Shown in pieces: positions 1-12,205 of a stretch of DNA of 64,000 nt (its first letter is position 1; every line of letters starts with the position of its first letter). The translations under genes and the position numbers were made by a program. Location: assembly GCA_963693365.1 (NCBI GenBank), contig CAVNZM010000007.1, positions 8,243,962 through 8,307,961 of the forward strand, written 5' to 3'. The notes beneath the pieces were generated by a model. It made no database searches and had not been told where the DNA came from. It saw nothing but the letters and a program-made list of their open reading frames with translations. The stretch comes from Amoebidium appalachense (lineage: Eukaryota > Protista > Ichthyosporea).

Positions 1-393
1 CCAGAGGTTGTGTAGAATGGCAGATGGCACGACGCAAACTCGTGACGTGGGCTTTGCCAGGAAACCACACGGGGAGAACGTTGGTTGACAAAGTTTTTCG
101 AAGCACACTGAGCATCCCGTCACAGAAACGGAAGTTGAGAAGCCGTTCACAGAGGTTGGTGTGTGTGTGGCCAGCGGGCATGTATGCAGATAAAAGTACA
201 AAAAAACGTGGAGAAGCACTGCACAGCACATGAACAAATGACCGGGGCGGTGCGGGCGGGTTGGGGGGGGGGGGGGGGGGGGGGGGGTAGCCAAAACGAA
301 AACATCTCGTGACCGGTAATTGCCACATACAGAGAGCAGAAGAGGGAAAGGGGGGGAGGGGGGGGGGGGGGAGGAAGGGGCGGAAGGACATAC

Positions 394-2835
394 TTCCGAG
401 CAAGTCACCAACTCTCAAGTTGATGCGGGAAGCCTTGGACGAGTAGGTTGGTCCGATGCCCTTCTTGGTGGTGCCGATGCTGTGTGAGACGCAGGGAAGC
501 GTTAACATGGAGCGCCAGAAACGGGGCTTGATATGGGGATATCGACAAATGAAAAACACAAACACTCGAAGTATGTGCATGTGCTGAGCTATTGACCCAG
601 GGTCAAATATGCATTTCATTTTTGCTTTTCGGATATCTTGCTTGAGGCAGTAAAAAACCAATGTTGTCGCCTCGTGCTCACCACCATCCTTCTCTCCGAC
701 CCCTCCATTCCCACCTCCCCCTCCCCCATCCCCCCCAACCACCACCACTATACACACACCCACACACACCTACACGCCCCTCCCCCCCCCCCTCCCTCCT
801 CCCCACACACACACCTTTTACTCTCTCTCCCCCATTTCCTTCTTCATCTTACCTTGTTCGGGTCAAACTTAATAACAAGAACATGGCATTTTCATACTCA
901 ACTACATATCTACACCAAAAGAGTCCGACTTTAGGGAACGAAAAGAAGAACAGTTGAGCAACCAACGACGCATGAAAAACATGCATGTGCATATGCCCCG
1001 ACAGCAACACACATAGTCCAGGCATATTTATCCCATATGTGTGCAGGTAGGTACTCCTAAAGGACCCAAACCCTACCTCTTTCCACCCTTCTCCTCCTCC
1101 TGCAGACCGTCAATCTCCTGGTGGAAGTTGAACACAATGTGTGCCCGCTCGGAAATGAGCAGCCGATCTTGCCAGCCCCTCAGACCTGCACACGTTTCCA
1201 GATCAATACTCGCCTTTGCCTTTGGGGCCAAGCCATAACATGCCCCCGGCTCGCAATTCTGTGTATGGTATTGCCCATTCTCACCCCACTCCGCCCCCTT
1301 CTCCTCGCCCCCTCCCCCCCCCCCTCCCCCCCCCCCCCCCCTTCCCCCCTGCGCCCACCACCACGACCACCACTACCTTCCCAACTAATTTATTTCGTTC
1401 TCCATTCTGCTTCCAGTCGCCAATGACCCTCCAGTTCACTGCTGCCACCACGACCACTTTAGGTGCTTTCTCCTCAAGCTGCCCTCTAGTTTCCATTTTC
1501 TCAACACTCATCTTCCCGTCTCCTGACTCCTTCTCCCTCCCCTTCTTCCCCCCCCCCCCCCCCCCCTTCTCTGATCGCCACACCTCAGCAACAAATGCTG
1601 TCTGTTCAGCAACCCCTTCTTCATCCCCCTCCTCTCCTCTAGCCTCCCCCTCCCCCTCCCCCTTCCCCCACAACCGTACACACAAGCAGATACACCAACC
1701 CAGCTTTATCTTTCTGCCCCGTGCCCCGGGCCTTGGCATCACACACACACACATACACACACACTCTCTCTCCCCCCCCCCCCTCCCCCCCCCCTCCCTC
1801 CCTCCCTCCGTCTCCCCCACCACCGCCAGCACCTTCCCTCTCTCCCCCTCCGTCCCCCCCGGCCCCCCCACACACAAACACACACACAGACCCCTTCTCT
1901 CCCTCCCTCTCCCTCTCCCTCGTATCTCCTATTCCGTCTTCATTTCTCGCCACTACAACCTACACCACAGAAAGCACACAACCTAACAACGCCTGAGCCA
2001 CGCACTCTCAGAAGTTTTCGCCCATGCTTCCAGTCAGACCTAGTTCATAGCGATTCGGCGTAAAAGGCTTCAAAATGTTTTCAGCAGATCCAACGACCAC
2101 ATCAAAACACGTACCCTTTGCCTCGTTCTTTTCGGCCTCCTCGAACAGAGACTGAATGTGGATGACCACACCGTTACCGATCACAGACTTGGCATGTTCG
2201 TGAATGATGCCACTGGGAAGGATGTGGAAGTCGTACTTCACTCCGTTTGTCACGATAGTGTGGCCAGCGTTGTTTCCACCCTAAGGAGCTCCTGATCAGT
2301 ACAGAACACGTGCTTTCTGTTGCCCTTTAAAACGGAAAAAATATGGGTTACGCCCGACACCTATGTCTTTCGTCTTATCTTGGCAAGACCAGAGATTTGT
2401 GTTTGATAATTGGTCCAACAAAAGCAGAGCAAAATAACCACTTCTCGGCGTGTTGCACTTACTGAACACGGCACAGCCCTTGCTTCTGAGTTACAGACAA
2501 TCAGCTCAAGGAACTTATTTTCTTGCCAGAAATGGATCATCACCTGCCCATTGAGCCAACAAGTTCCCATAATACTACTTAGAAAAGCAGTAAAAAAAAC
2601 TGAATTCCTGAAGTCGGTTTGAGTAAGCTTATCAAGCAAGAATAAACCACACACAACAAAGATCATGTGCAGTCTCAGAGGGGCGAAAGTTTTGTAAGGA
2701 AAGCCTCACCTGGCACCGAGCAATAACATCGCACTCGCCAGCCAGCATGTCCACAAGCTTGCCCTTGCCCTCGTCTCCCCATTGGCTCCCCAACACCACC
2801 ACCACCTCCCCCGGTTTCACCACACTTCCCGGCAT
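394..2835 (-). CDS. ADSS: Adenylosuccinate synthetase, 5' part (4 exons; continues beyond left edge)
   Basis: Exons 2835-2710, 2280-2115, 1185-1077, 479-394, all GT-AG with matching phases. They encode [42 protein letters not shown] and [15 protein letters not shown], the signature motifs of the PurA/ADSS family. Confidence 0.97.
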
Positions 2836-3417
2836 GGTTAGTTGCTGTTGCCCCCGTTCTAGGAGCACACACAAGGTCCTAACTGATGTGGTCACAGTGA
2901 TGTTGCCAAGTTTTCCCTCGTGCCAAAGCATAGAAGAGATGATTGGTCGCAAAAGCATACCATATCGGGAAGTAATGCGCGCTTCTAACTGGGTTATCAC
3001 GCACCACCTGCCATTTTTGGTTAGCAGCATTGTGGCCAAAACGATTGCACGGTGCGCGCGATTGCAGATGAAATTTCGTCAACTGCGTATGTTGACAGCG
3101 TTTCATGAACACGAGTCAAGGAATAGGAAAGAACACAGAGAAAGCCTTCCAAGATAGCATTTATGCACAGGAGCAACCCGACGGCACTGCTTTATTGTAG
3201 GCACGGAGTTTATTCCTTCTATATTGGCCACGACTGCTTGCAATTTGTTCCCTGCGGCCATCACTGCCCATTGCATTCATTCCCAGATCCCCCATGGCCG
3301 ATTGCCGTATGGCAGTGCAGGAACTGCACATAACAGCTGGCACGAACGCTAACAACGCCAGTGGAACCCTTGCATTTGGTCCCCGCCCCCGCCCCCCCGG
3401 CCCCCCCCCCCCCCCCC

Positions 3418-3419
<2 letters not shown>

Positions 3420-3456
<37 letters not shown>

Positions 3457-3512
3457 GACACACACACACACACTCACTCACTCACTCACTCACTCACACA
3501 CACAGACACTCA

Positions 3513-3576
<64 letters not shown>

Positions 3577-3610
3577 TACACACACACACTGGCACACACA
3601 CACCCACACA

Positions 3611-3680
<70 letters not shown>

Positions 3681-3745
3681 TACGCATGTATGCACATTCC
3701 CACATGTGCACACACGTGACACACACAAAATCACATGTTGAACAC
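3420..3745. repeat. (CA)n microsatellite with (CACT)n interruption
   Basis: Directly visible; representative of many (CA)n/(TG)n tracts, e.g. 13160-13397, 19700-19872, 20128-20368, 51021-51377, 54300-54430. Confidence 0.95.
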
Positions 3746-4782
3746 AACTACCTCCCTCCCCCCCCCCAAACCTTTTTCTCCACCTTCCACCCCGGAGCTT
3801 CTCACGTGAAACACACACACAAAGGAACACATAGAACCCCACCCACCCACCCACCCACCCACCCATCCTCTTCCCATCCCACTCTGGTCCTGGAACTTCT
3901 CTCCTTCTTTCTCCTGTATATGCTATGCTGAACGAAAATTTCATAGCTTCGAGCTACATCGGCCCTAACCTCCTTCTGCCCATCTTTTTTCCCCAGGCTT
4001 TTTCTCATCTCTAAGTCTTCGGTGCACATACCTTTCTCTTTGTCGACATGCCCGTCTTCTTCTCATCTCCCTAAGGCACCCATCCCCGCTTCCCCCCTCC
4101 CCCCCCCCCCCCCCCCCCTCTCTCTCTCCTCTCCGCCCCCCCCCCCCCCTACACACACACACGAGCACAAAGGCATGCACAGACACAAACCCCCCAACCC
4201 ACCCCGCACTCCACCTGCTCAAACCCACACATCACCGGTTTGTCTGAGGCCCTCCGGAGGGCTCCGAACCTGTGAGGCTCCTGATTGCTCCCCCCTTCCC
4301 CCCCCCTCCCCCTCCCCCCACTCCTCCTTCCTCCTCTTCCCCCCCCCCCCACAGCACTGGTGTATACAGCCTGTGAATTAATTAGACATTCCAATATATG
4401 TCGGTTGCCTAAGCAAAGATGTTTTTACTTGATGATTTGCTTTATAGTTTGGGGAGGGAAAGATGGGGATCCGTTATTTGGGGGGGGGGGGGGGGGGGGG
4501 GAGACAGGAGAGAGAGAGAAGAGATGAAGGGAAAATATAGGGGTGAATAAGGAGTGGGTAAGACATGCAATCGCCGGGGCAGGTCTATCCTTTTGATAGC
4601 TTGGTGCACGGGATTTTGCCGGTGGAGACTACTTACTGCAAGGTGTTAAAATTTTTGATATGTGTGGCAGCAGGGGTGGGTATACTTCCTGGGGGGTGGG
4701 GTATGATGGTGGTGGCTGGAATTTCGAAGGAGTATGTGTGTGAGTGTGTGGGGTTGGGGCGGGGTTACTCGTGTGTGTGGGT

Positions 4783-4818
<36 letters not shown>

Positions 4819-4916
4819 GGACCGTTGCCTCGATCTGTCACTCTGCAGCTCTGCAAATAAAGGAACGAGGAGTTAGCCCGATAAAGAGATGGGAGGACTG
4901 AGGGGGAGGGAGAGAG

Positions 4917-4950
<34 letters not shown>

Positions 4951-4951
<1 letters not shown>

Positions 4952-5168
4952 TTAAAATGCGTTATAATAAACTTGGGCAGAGTACGAGGGATACATTCAT
5001 GACGGACAATTGCAACACAATGCAAAGTGTAAAGCAGAGGATGTATCACAGGCAGAGCCCATCCCTGCAGAGGGGGCACAAGCCATTCACAACACCCTGG
5101 TTTCAACCCATTCACTTTGCCAACGAAACCTCATCGCAGGACTACTTCACCTGGTCATGGGTGGGTCA
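4951..5168 (-). mobile_element. Family A structured repeat, diverged intergenic copy
   Basis: Starts right after a 30+ nt G run on + and retains family motifs GCAGAGCCCATCC, GTTTCAACCCATTCAC, AACGAAACC and CATGGGTGGGTCA in the same order as the copy at 37168. Confidence 0.75.
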
Positions 5169-5877
5169 GGGGGAAGAGGGGGGGGAGGGGGGGGGGGGGG
5201 GGATGTTCAACTTGTTGTTTCAAGTTGTTGTTGTATTTGCCGGCGTCCATGAATGAAGAGAGTGAAAAAGAATGACACGGAAGCGGAGGAGGGATGAGCC
5301 CAATCCGAAGCACCAGCATCACATGTGGTCACAGGTGTATATAACTTGCCCTTGGGCTAATTCTCGAGACTTATCACTTTTAAAAAGTGTTTTTAGCCAA
5401 CAGAAACATTCATTTACATCATTCTTGAGCTCCCACTCTGTATCTTCTAGCTGAGGCGTTATGTTGCCTTCATACCCGTACATGTATCTTTGTTGCCTAG
5501 CCTGTGTCCGACGTGGCAGAGTGTTCCCTCCAGAAACATTTATCAGTTCCTGTTAAAGCTTCTATCTACTCCTCCGTGCAGGTCTACAAGTATCGAACCC
5601 TTTTCACGTCCATTTCCGAGCCTCTCCTTCAATATACCTATGCAGTATGTAGATTCCTATAGTCAAAACAGGGTGGGCAGCGAGGGGAAGGGGGGGGGGG
5701 GGGGGTGGAGAGGGGGGGGAAAGAGAGAGAGGAAGGGGGGGGGGGGGGGGGGGGGGGGGGGGCTCCGCTGAGAAAAAAGACGAAACCCGGTTTAACACCT
5801 CTAGAACTTCTTGTCATGATTAATAGAACACCATTATCACTGCTTAACATAGCACACCAATATTCAGACATTTTCTT

Positions 5878-7320
5878 TCAAGCCCCGCCAATACCGGAGG
5901 CTATCTCAATCTCCTTCTTGTACTCATCCTCCGACACAATGGGCACATCGATCTTCTCGACTATCTCGTTCATCACGTTGATGGCATCATGCACGTTCTC
6001 CTTCCGCACAGCAATAGTCGCCACCCACTCAGGAATCCCAGTGTCGTAGCCCTTAACTTTCTCCCCCGCCTTTTTAAGGGGCTCTGCAAACATAACCCCG
6101 GGGTAGCTCTTAACTTCGTCAAGGAACCGTGTGTGGGTCAGTACTCCGGTCTTGGGCGAGCAGTAAGAATATTCGCAGATTGCGCACAGAGGTGTTTCGG
6201 CGCAAGGCGGGTTTATGGGAATGCCACATGCCGTCAGCACAAAGTTGTCAAACAGACTAACACCGTAGACCTCCTTGTGAAAGAGTGCCGTAGCCCCCCC
6301 ACCCATGCGGCTGTTCACTTCGATGAGCATGGGCTGACCGGTGCCATCTGGGCGCAGCTGCGTGCCCTTTGTGTATTTGCACTCTACGTGGAAACACCCC
6401 TGTCGGAAACCAAGCGCCTTTACACAGCGCACAGAGTAGTCTACGAGCTCCTTCTGGATCTCGGCAGAGTAGGTGGAGGGCGAATTGCTGCCAGTCTCGA
6501 GGAATGTGGGTTCACGGGTGGGCCAGTTATCGTTAGCGTTGCCGTAAACACACTCGCCATCCCAAAACAGAAGGTCAACATCAAACTCGTCCCCATCGAT
6601 GTAACTCTCCACAAGCATGCCGACATGGTCGGTGCACCCAGGGTTCCAGTTGAGCTCCGGAGCAACTTCCCGATCACCCTCTGCTCTCGTGTATGCAGCC
6701 TGAAGCTCGGCAAACGTGTTGCACCGATATACACCGTCCGATCCTGCACCTGTCTGTGGCTTAAGCACCACCGGGAACCCCAGTTCTGCCTCCACCGTGC
6801 TAAGTTGCTCCGGGCTAGTGATACGCATCGCACCAGGGGTGGGGATGCCGGCGGCACGGCAGATAAGGCGGGACTTGTGCTTGTCACGGGCGGCCAAGTA
6901 GGCAGACTTGGGGTTGCAAGGAAGTCCGAGGCGCTCACCAAGCTCACCCACCAGCACCTGGGCCTGTTCGTAGGGCGAGAACACACCACTCAAGCCCTCG
7001 ATGTTAGCAGCTGAAACGGCAGCAAGCACATTCTCCGCTGCGTTTTCACCATCTGAAAGGTCGGCGAAAATGGTCTGAGCAGCGGCCAAAAGGCCTGCCT
7101 GCTGGCACTGCTCGTGTCTGTCTCTTCCACTTACTGTGTCGTCAAAGACTATCACCGGGCGAATGCCCAGGGTCAAAATGCGCCCGAGAGACTGCTGCAC
7201 TGTGTCGAACTTGGCGTGGTTAAACATGACCCACAGGAGAGAACACCCATTTGCTGCCTGCAGGCGCAGTTTTTGCGTCTCGGCGTCCGCTGAAGACAAC
7301 ATCGCTACGGAAGGGGTCAT
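5878..7320 (-). CDS. ATP-grasp amino-acid/peptide ligase, carnosine synthase (CARNS1)-like, 480 aa, single exon
   Basis: Uninterrupted ORF with ATP-grasp motifs ARDKHKSR, FPVVLKPQTGAGSDGV, ESYIDGDEFDVD, GCFHVE and IEVNSRMGG. The DNWPTREPTFLET segment resembles the CARNS1 C-terminal domain as I recall it. Substrate unknown. Confidence 0.88.
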   Translation of the reverse strand: MTPSVAMLSSADAETQKLRLQAANGCSLLWVMFNHAKFDTVQQSLGRILTLGIRPVIVFDDTVSGRDRHEQCQQAGLLAAAQTIFADLSDGENAAENVLAAVSAANIEGLSGVFSPYEQAQVLVGELGERLGLPCNPKSAYLAARDKHKSRLICRAAGIPTPGAMRITSPEQLSTVEAELGFPVVLKPQTGAGSDGVYRCNTFAELQAAYTRAEGDREVAPELNWNPGCTDHVGMLVESYIDGDEFDVDLLFWDGECVYGNANDNWPTREPTFLETGSNSPSTYSAEIQKELVDYSVRCVKALGFRQGCFHVECKYTKGTQLRPDGTGQPMLIEVNSRMGGGATALFHKEVYGVSLFDNFVLTACGIPINPPCAETPLCAICEYSYCSPKTGVLTHTRFLDEVKSYPGVMFAEPLKKAGEKVKGYDTGIPEWVATIAVRKENVHDAINVMNEIVEKIDVPIVSEDEYKKEIEIASGIGGA

Positions 7321-8259
7321 GATGACTCTGAGAAACGAAGAACCAGCCTGTTTTATAATTTGGTATTGGATATGAGCGCCAAGCCCTGAAGTATAATGTT
7401 TTGCAACTGAGGAATAGTGAAGAAGTCGTGTTGTAGTTGACGTTTATGAACACAAGGTCACATGTAAACGGATGGAGTGCAGCAAGTGAAGGAAGAGACT
7501 AAGAATGTTGTAGGCTATTTATAGCAACTGACTTTCAGGCGATCTAACGCCATCTACTGCCGCAACCACTCAGGTGGCTCCATTTTAGCCATATCAAATT
7601 CCTTTCCTGCCTCACCCTCGAGTTGATATGAGTGATAACAAGTAGGTACTGACAAAATAACGTAATAGATAAGAGCACCTTCATAACGAATTCACAGCAT
7701 TATGCGTGACATGAAAAAACTCTGCGCCCGTGCTTCACGGTTTTTCTTGCATATCTTTTCTTTTCAGGACCTAAAACCCGGTGTCCCCGGTCTCCCCCGC
7801 CACCTCGGTTCTGCGTTTACTGAGTGCCGGCTGTAGTGTTCGCGCAGTGCATTCCAATCATTCCAAAGGCAGCCAATCATCGCCTTCCTTCAGTTTACAC
7901 ACAAATTTGGCAAAGAAAAGGTTGCACATGAAATGCACGTGCGGTGTTCAGAGCTACAGTAGGCTCTCACAAGTGGCACAGCCAGTGGCACTGCAAGTTG
8001 AAAGTGACACGTGCACGGGCACACGCATAATCACACAACAGCTGCCACACAGCACGGTGGCTGTCAAGTGGTGGCTTACAGCATACGTTTGCCATGACAA
8101 AGTGTACCCACAGCAACGAGAAAAAGGAAATAGTCTGTCGTCGCATGATGGTGCATCATGAAGTCACGAGTTTGGTGGTGAAAAGATGTTCGACGTCTAG
8201 CGCCCTGCTCTCGCGGGCGACATGCCGTCACTCGCTAACTCATCTCCTCACTTGTCTGC

Positions 8260-8549
8260 TGGCTCTCTCTCTCCCTCTCTCGCTCGCTCTCTATATACCT
8301 GTCCCTCTCTCGCTCGCTCTCTCTCTCTCTCCCCCCCCCCCCTCCTCCTCTCCCCCTCCCCCCCCCCCCCCCCTCTCTCTCTCTCTCTCTTTCCCTCCCT
8401 CCTCATCTCTCTCTCTCTCTCTTTATCTCTCTCTCTCTCCTCTCTCCCTCTCCCTCTCTCTCTCCCCTCTCTCCTTCTCTCTCTCTCCCTCTCTCACTCT
8501 CTCGCCCTCTCTCTCTCAAGCTCTCTCTCTCTCTCTGTCTCTCTCAAAC

Positions 8550-8589
<40 letters not shown>

Positions 8590-8813
8590 CCCCCCCCCCC
8601 CCCCCCACCCCCCCTCTCTCTCGTCCATCTCCCCCTCTCTCGCTCTCCTCTTCCTCTCTTTCCCTCCCTCCTTCGCTCCCTTCCTCCTTCCCTCCCTCCC
8701 CTCTTCCTTCCCTCCCTCCCTCCCTCCCTCCCTCCCCCCCTCCCTCCCCTCTCTCCCTCCCTTCCCCCCCCCCCCCCCCACCTCCCTCCCCCCACCTCCC
8801 TCCCCTCTCTCTT

Positions 8814-8889
<76 letters not shown>

Positions 8890-9000
8890 TCCCTCTCCCT
8901 CTCCCTCTCCCTCTCCCTCTCTCTCTCTCCTCTCTCTCCCGCCCCCTCTCTCCCTGTTTCTCGTTCGATCTCTCTCCCTCGCTCTCCCCCTCCACCCAAA
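8260..9000. repeat. Polypyrimidine/(CT)n low-complexity tract
   Basis: About 740 bp of almost pure C/T on +; similar tracts at 13560-14046 ((GA)n) and 45490-46190. Confidence 0.95.
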
Positions 9001-9992
9001 TCCTCTAGATCTGTTTCTCATTTGCTCCTCACCTTAGAGCCTCTCGGGCTGATCAATCCCACTCTCTCCCTTCCCCCCTCCTCCCCCTCCCCCTTCACCC
9101 CATCTTCTTGCCCTCTTTCTCTGCCTTCTCCAGGAAGCCCTCCACTGCCCCCTCCCTCCCCCCCCCCCCCCCCCCAAGTCCTCGCCAACCTCTTTCTCTT
9201 GCTCAGTGCATATTGCACTATGCCAGTTGACTCATGGTCACGCTTTCAGTGCACTCAGCTCTTATTTCACTCCAGCTCGCACCCTGCCTATCCCCCCCTC
9301 CTCCCCCCCTCTTTCGCTCTCTTCTCTGGAAACCTTTTTTTCCCGAGCTCTGAGCTCTCCCCCCTTCTCCTTTTCTCTTCCTCTCCTCCCCTCCCTCCCT
9401 TTTCCCTCCAGCTAGCGCTCGACCCATTCATCAGTACACATGGTTGTCCACACTGGTTTGGGGTGGAGAACGATGCTCTATTGCAGTGAGCGTGGAAGTC
9501 ACCTCAAACGATCTCTGTCATGATCATGTGGAATGGGGAGGAGGGGAGGTTCGAAGGATATGAAATGTGGAGCAGCCGGGAAAGGGCTGGGGGTCCAGGG
9601 AGAAGGGGGGGGAAGGGGGGGGGCCACGGGGCCTCGGGCTATTTTTGCATTAGGCTTTTCATATATATGTTTCATATATAATAAAGATGTGCATTGACAT
9701 TTCCGTATCACAGTGAACACAACTATGTAACTTATAACGTGTGGCTGTGTCTCGCTTCGGGCTATTTACAACTGCATGGCTGTACAAGCCTTGCTGGTGA
9801 AAATTTACATGCAAGAAAACACCTGGTCTATGTGCAGATGTCACTACATAGGTTACGCAACAAATTGTCTTGCTGGAAAGAACGAAGCTAGAAGCTAAGC
9901 TATACTGCCCTTATATACTGTCCTGTCTAAACTAATTAGCCAAAAGCCAGTCTTGTACCCAACATAACCTAGCCGAACCTAAGAATTAAAAC

Positions 9993-11699
9993 CTAGAGAT
10001 CAGAGCAAGGCAGGCGCACATCTTCAATCTTCAAAAACCTAGCCCAGTTTTGTGGTAGTGGGCCTCTCCGTCCATACAGCGCACACTCCTTGTCTGCAGC
10101 CACCTGCAACGTACTCGCCTTGCCTCTACCTTGCAGTTCGGCTGCCTTAACACAAGCACGTGCCTTTGCAGCAACATCAGCACGCTGATTCTTCTCCACC
10201 TTCTCCCTTATGCTCTTGGAGGGCCCGGAAGAGGCCAGCTCAGCACGCAGGGATTGGTCGGCCTGGACCTGTGCAAACTCCGCCTGTGCCCCTGTGTCAA
10301 CAGAAACAGGACGGTCCGGAACCACCGTAACATTGAGCACCTCTGGCGCGGGGCCCAATCCTTCACCCAATGATGCAGAATCGCTAGGGAAAACGATCGG
10401 TCCAGAGCCCGGGGTAGGTGCATTCTCACCAGGGGGAATGAGTGGCTCAAACACCACGGGGGTGTCTGCTTGCGTAATGCTTACCAACTCATCACCCGCC
10501 TCACGTCGCACAATATTGGGGGCCTGGGTGCCGGTGCCGACCCACGGAATAGTCTTGGGGCACGCAGTGAGCAGACTAGCGCTGATGGTGCGATCCAGAA
10601 CATCTAGGGCGTACGTGTAGTTCATGGCGCTGATGTCATTGACCATCCTAGGCGTGACGCGGGTTGGGAACACAGGCATAGGGTCATCGAACCCATGTAC
10701 CACACCAATGGCGGGGTCCACGCTGTAGTAGGCCGGAGAAACGGTCCCGGCTGGGGCCTTGTCAGTGCCTTGGCAGGCCTGCCACATGGCCCAAATCTTG
10801 TCCACCATGCCGTGGTGCATCCAGAAGATGGGGTCATTGGGAGAGAAGTTGATGTTGTTCATGGTGCCGCCGCTGCCTCCGGCATACACGTGAACCCACG
10901 CATGCCAACCCTTGGTTGTGTCAGACATGGAATCGAAAGTGAGAGTGTTGACCACCATGTTGACCACTTCAATGGGACCTGGGGGCCGCCAGCCCTGGCC
11001 AAACGGACGTGTTACACACTGTCCTGTGGATGTTGGGTAGCGCACACGGCCTATGAGCGTGTCTATGATACAGATGGTGCCGATGCCTCCTAGATCGGTG
11101 ACGACGCTGATGTTTGGGTTGACGTTAGGGTTGTCCTTGACATCCTGGGTCCAGTCCCAGTAGGGTAGAGTCACGCACTGGAAACGGGGATCAAGGCTGC
11201 GCAGTTGGTTCTCAAACAGGAACAGGAGGTGTCGGTGCCACGCAAGGAAGGCGTTGCTGTTGTGGCCGTAGTTATTCGTCAATGTGTCCCAATGGTAGGC
11301 CATCACATTGAACCATGTGCCCGACGCCCACAGCTGTCTGACCGCATCCAGGAATATAGTCTGTTGCAGTGTTGTCAGCTCGCGCCATTCGCAGCGAATG
11401 CGGCGGCCGTTGCTGTCAATGAGACCCGTGCACTGCTCAGGCAGGGACGAGCCCACACACGTGCCGGCTGAAGAAAGGGTAAACCCGGTGTCGCAGGCGC
11501 ATGTGAAACTTCCACCGTTGTTAGTGCACACTCTTGAGTGTGCACAATTGAGTCGATAGCCCAGGGGACAACCTGAAGAAGAATCTACACAACGATTACT
11601 TGTCGAGTAGAAGAACGAATTGGTTGGGCACACAACGGCAGTCTGTGCCGCGACTGTGGCGGCAAGGCCAAAGGCTGCCAAGTAGCTAATAGGCCCCAT
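9993..11699 (-). CDS. Secreted tyrosinase / type-3 copper protein with N-terminal Cys-rich and EGF-like module, 568 aa, single exon
   Basis: First ATG at 11699 opens a signal peptide (MGPISYLAAFGLAATVAAQ). EGF-like CAHSRVCTNNGGSFTCACDTGFTLSSAGTC follows. CuA histidines in AYHW...GHNSNAFLAWHR, LPYWDW motif, CuB in GWHAWVH...DPIFWMHHGMVD. Confidence 0.93.
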   Translation of the reverse strand: MGPISYLAAFGLAATVAAQTAVVCPTNSFFYSTSNRCVDSSSGCPLGYRLNCAHSRVCTNNGGSFTCACDTGFTLSSAGTCVGSSLPEQCTGLIDSNGRRIRCEWRELTTLQQTIFLDAVRQLWASGTWFNVMAYHWDTLTNNYGHNSNAFLAWHRHLLFLFENQLRSLDPRFQCVTLPYWDWTQDVKDNPNVNPNISVVTDLGGIGTICIIDTLIGRVRYPTSTGQCVTRPFGQGWRPPGPIEVVNMVVNTLTFDSMSDTTKGWHAWVHVYAGGSGGTMNNINFSPNDPIFWMHHGMVDKIWAMWQACQGTDKAPAGTVSPAYYSVDPAIGVVHGFDDPMPVFPTRVTPRMVNDISAMNYTYALDVLDRTISASLLTACPKTIPWVGTGTQAPNIVRREAGDELVSITQADTPVVFEPLIPPGENAPTPGSGPIVFPSDSASLGEGLGPAPEVLNVTVVPDRPVSVDTGAQAEFAQVQADQSLRAELASSGPSKSIREKVEKNQRADVAAKARACVKAAELQGRGKASTLQVAADKECALYGRRGPLPQNWARFLKIEDVRLPCSDL

Positions 11700-12123
11700 G
11701 TTGGCCGCTAGGCTTTGGGGCTTCTTGTTGTGCGTTGTTCTCCAAACCAAAGCATTAACGTGTAGGTTTTCGCAGGCCAGTTTGCCTTTTTGCCTCTCGA
11801 TGCCCGCTGGTCACCACTCCATCGAAATGCCTCACCCTTGGCGCCTGTGACCAAATAGCCTGTTGCTGAGGGTTTGGGGGGATAAGGGCACGTTTTCGGG
11901 CCCGGGCTTTTGGCTTTGCCGCAACTTTGCACGCGTGACTTGCACACACCACACGACGACATGATGATAATAATGTAGGGATTGGTGCATACCCTACTAT
12001 CTCCAAAAACGAATGAGTTCTTTACAATCCACAGTACTGGGCAAAATGTGTACTTATGGTTAGGTTGTGAAGGATGGTTTATCTGATTAGCTTAGCTGAA
12101 CTCATAGATATTTAGTGTACGTA

Positions 12124-12205
12124 TACTGTTGGTGCTGTGTGGTAGACGGTAGTTTCCCTAGAGGGCCTGAAAAGGCTCTCCTGGAACAAAACGTGATAAA
12201 ATAAA
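12124..12205 (+). repeat. Family B ~82-nt two-hairpin repeat, copy 1
   Basis: Near-identical to 14833-14914; ends in an A-rich tail. Confidence 0.85.

Noticed and set aside
5989-7014. 341-aa plus-strand ORF
   Set aside because: Antisense shadow of the ATP-grasp gene with no recognisable motifs.
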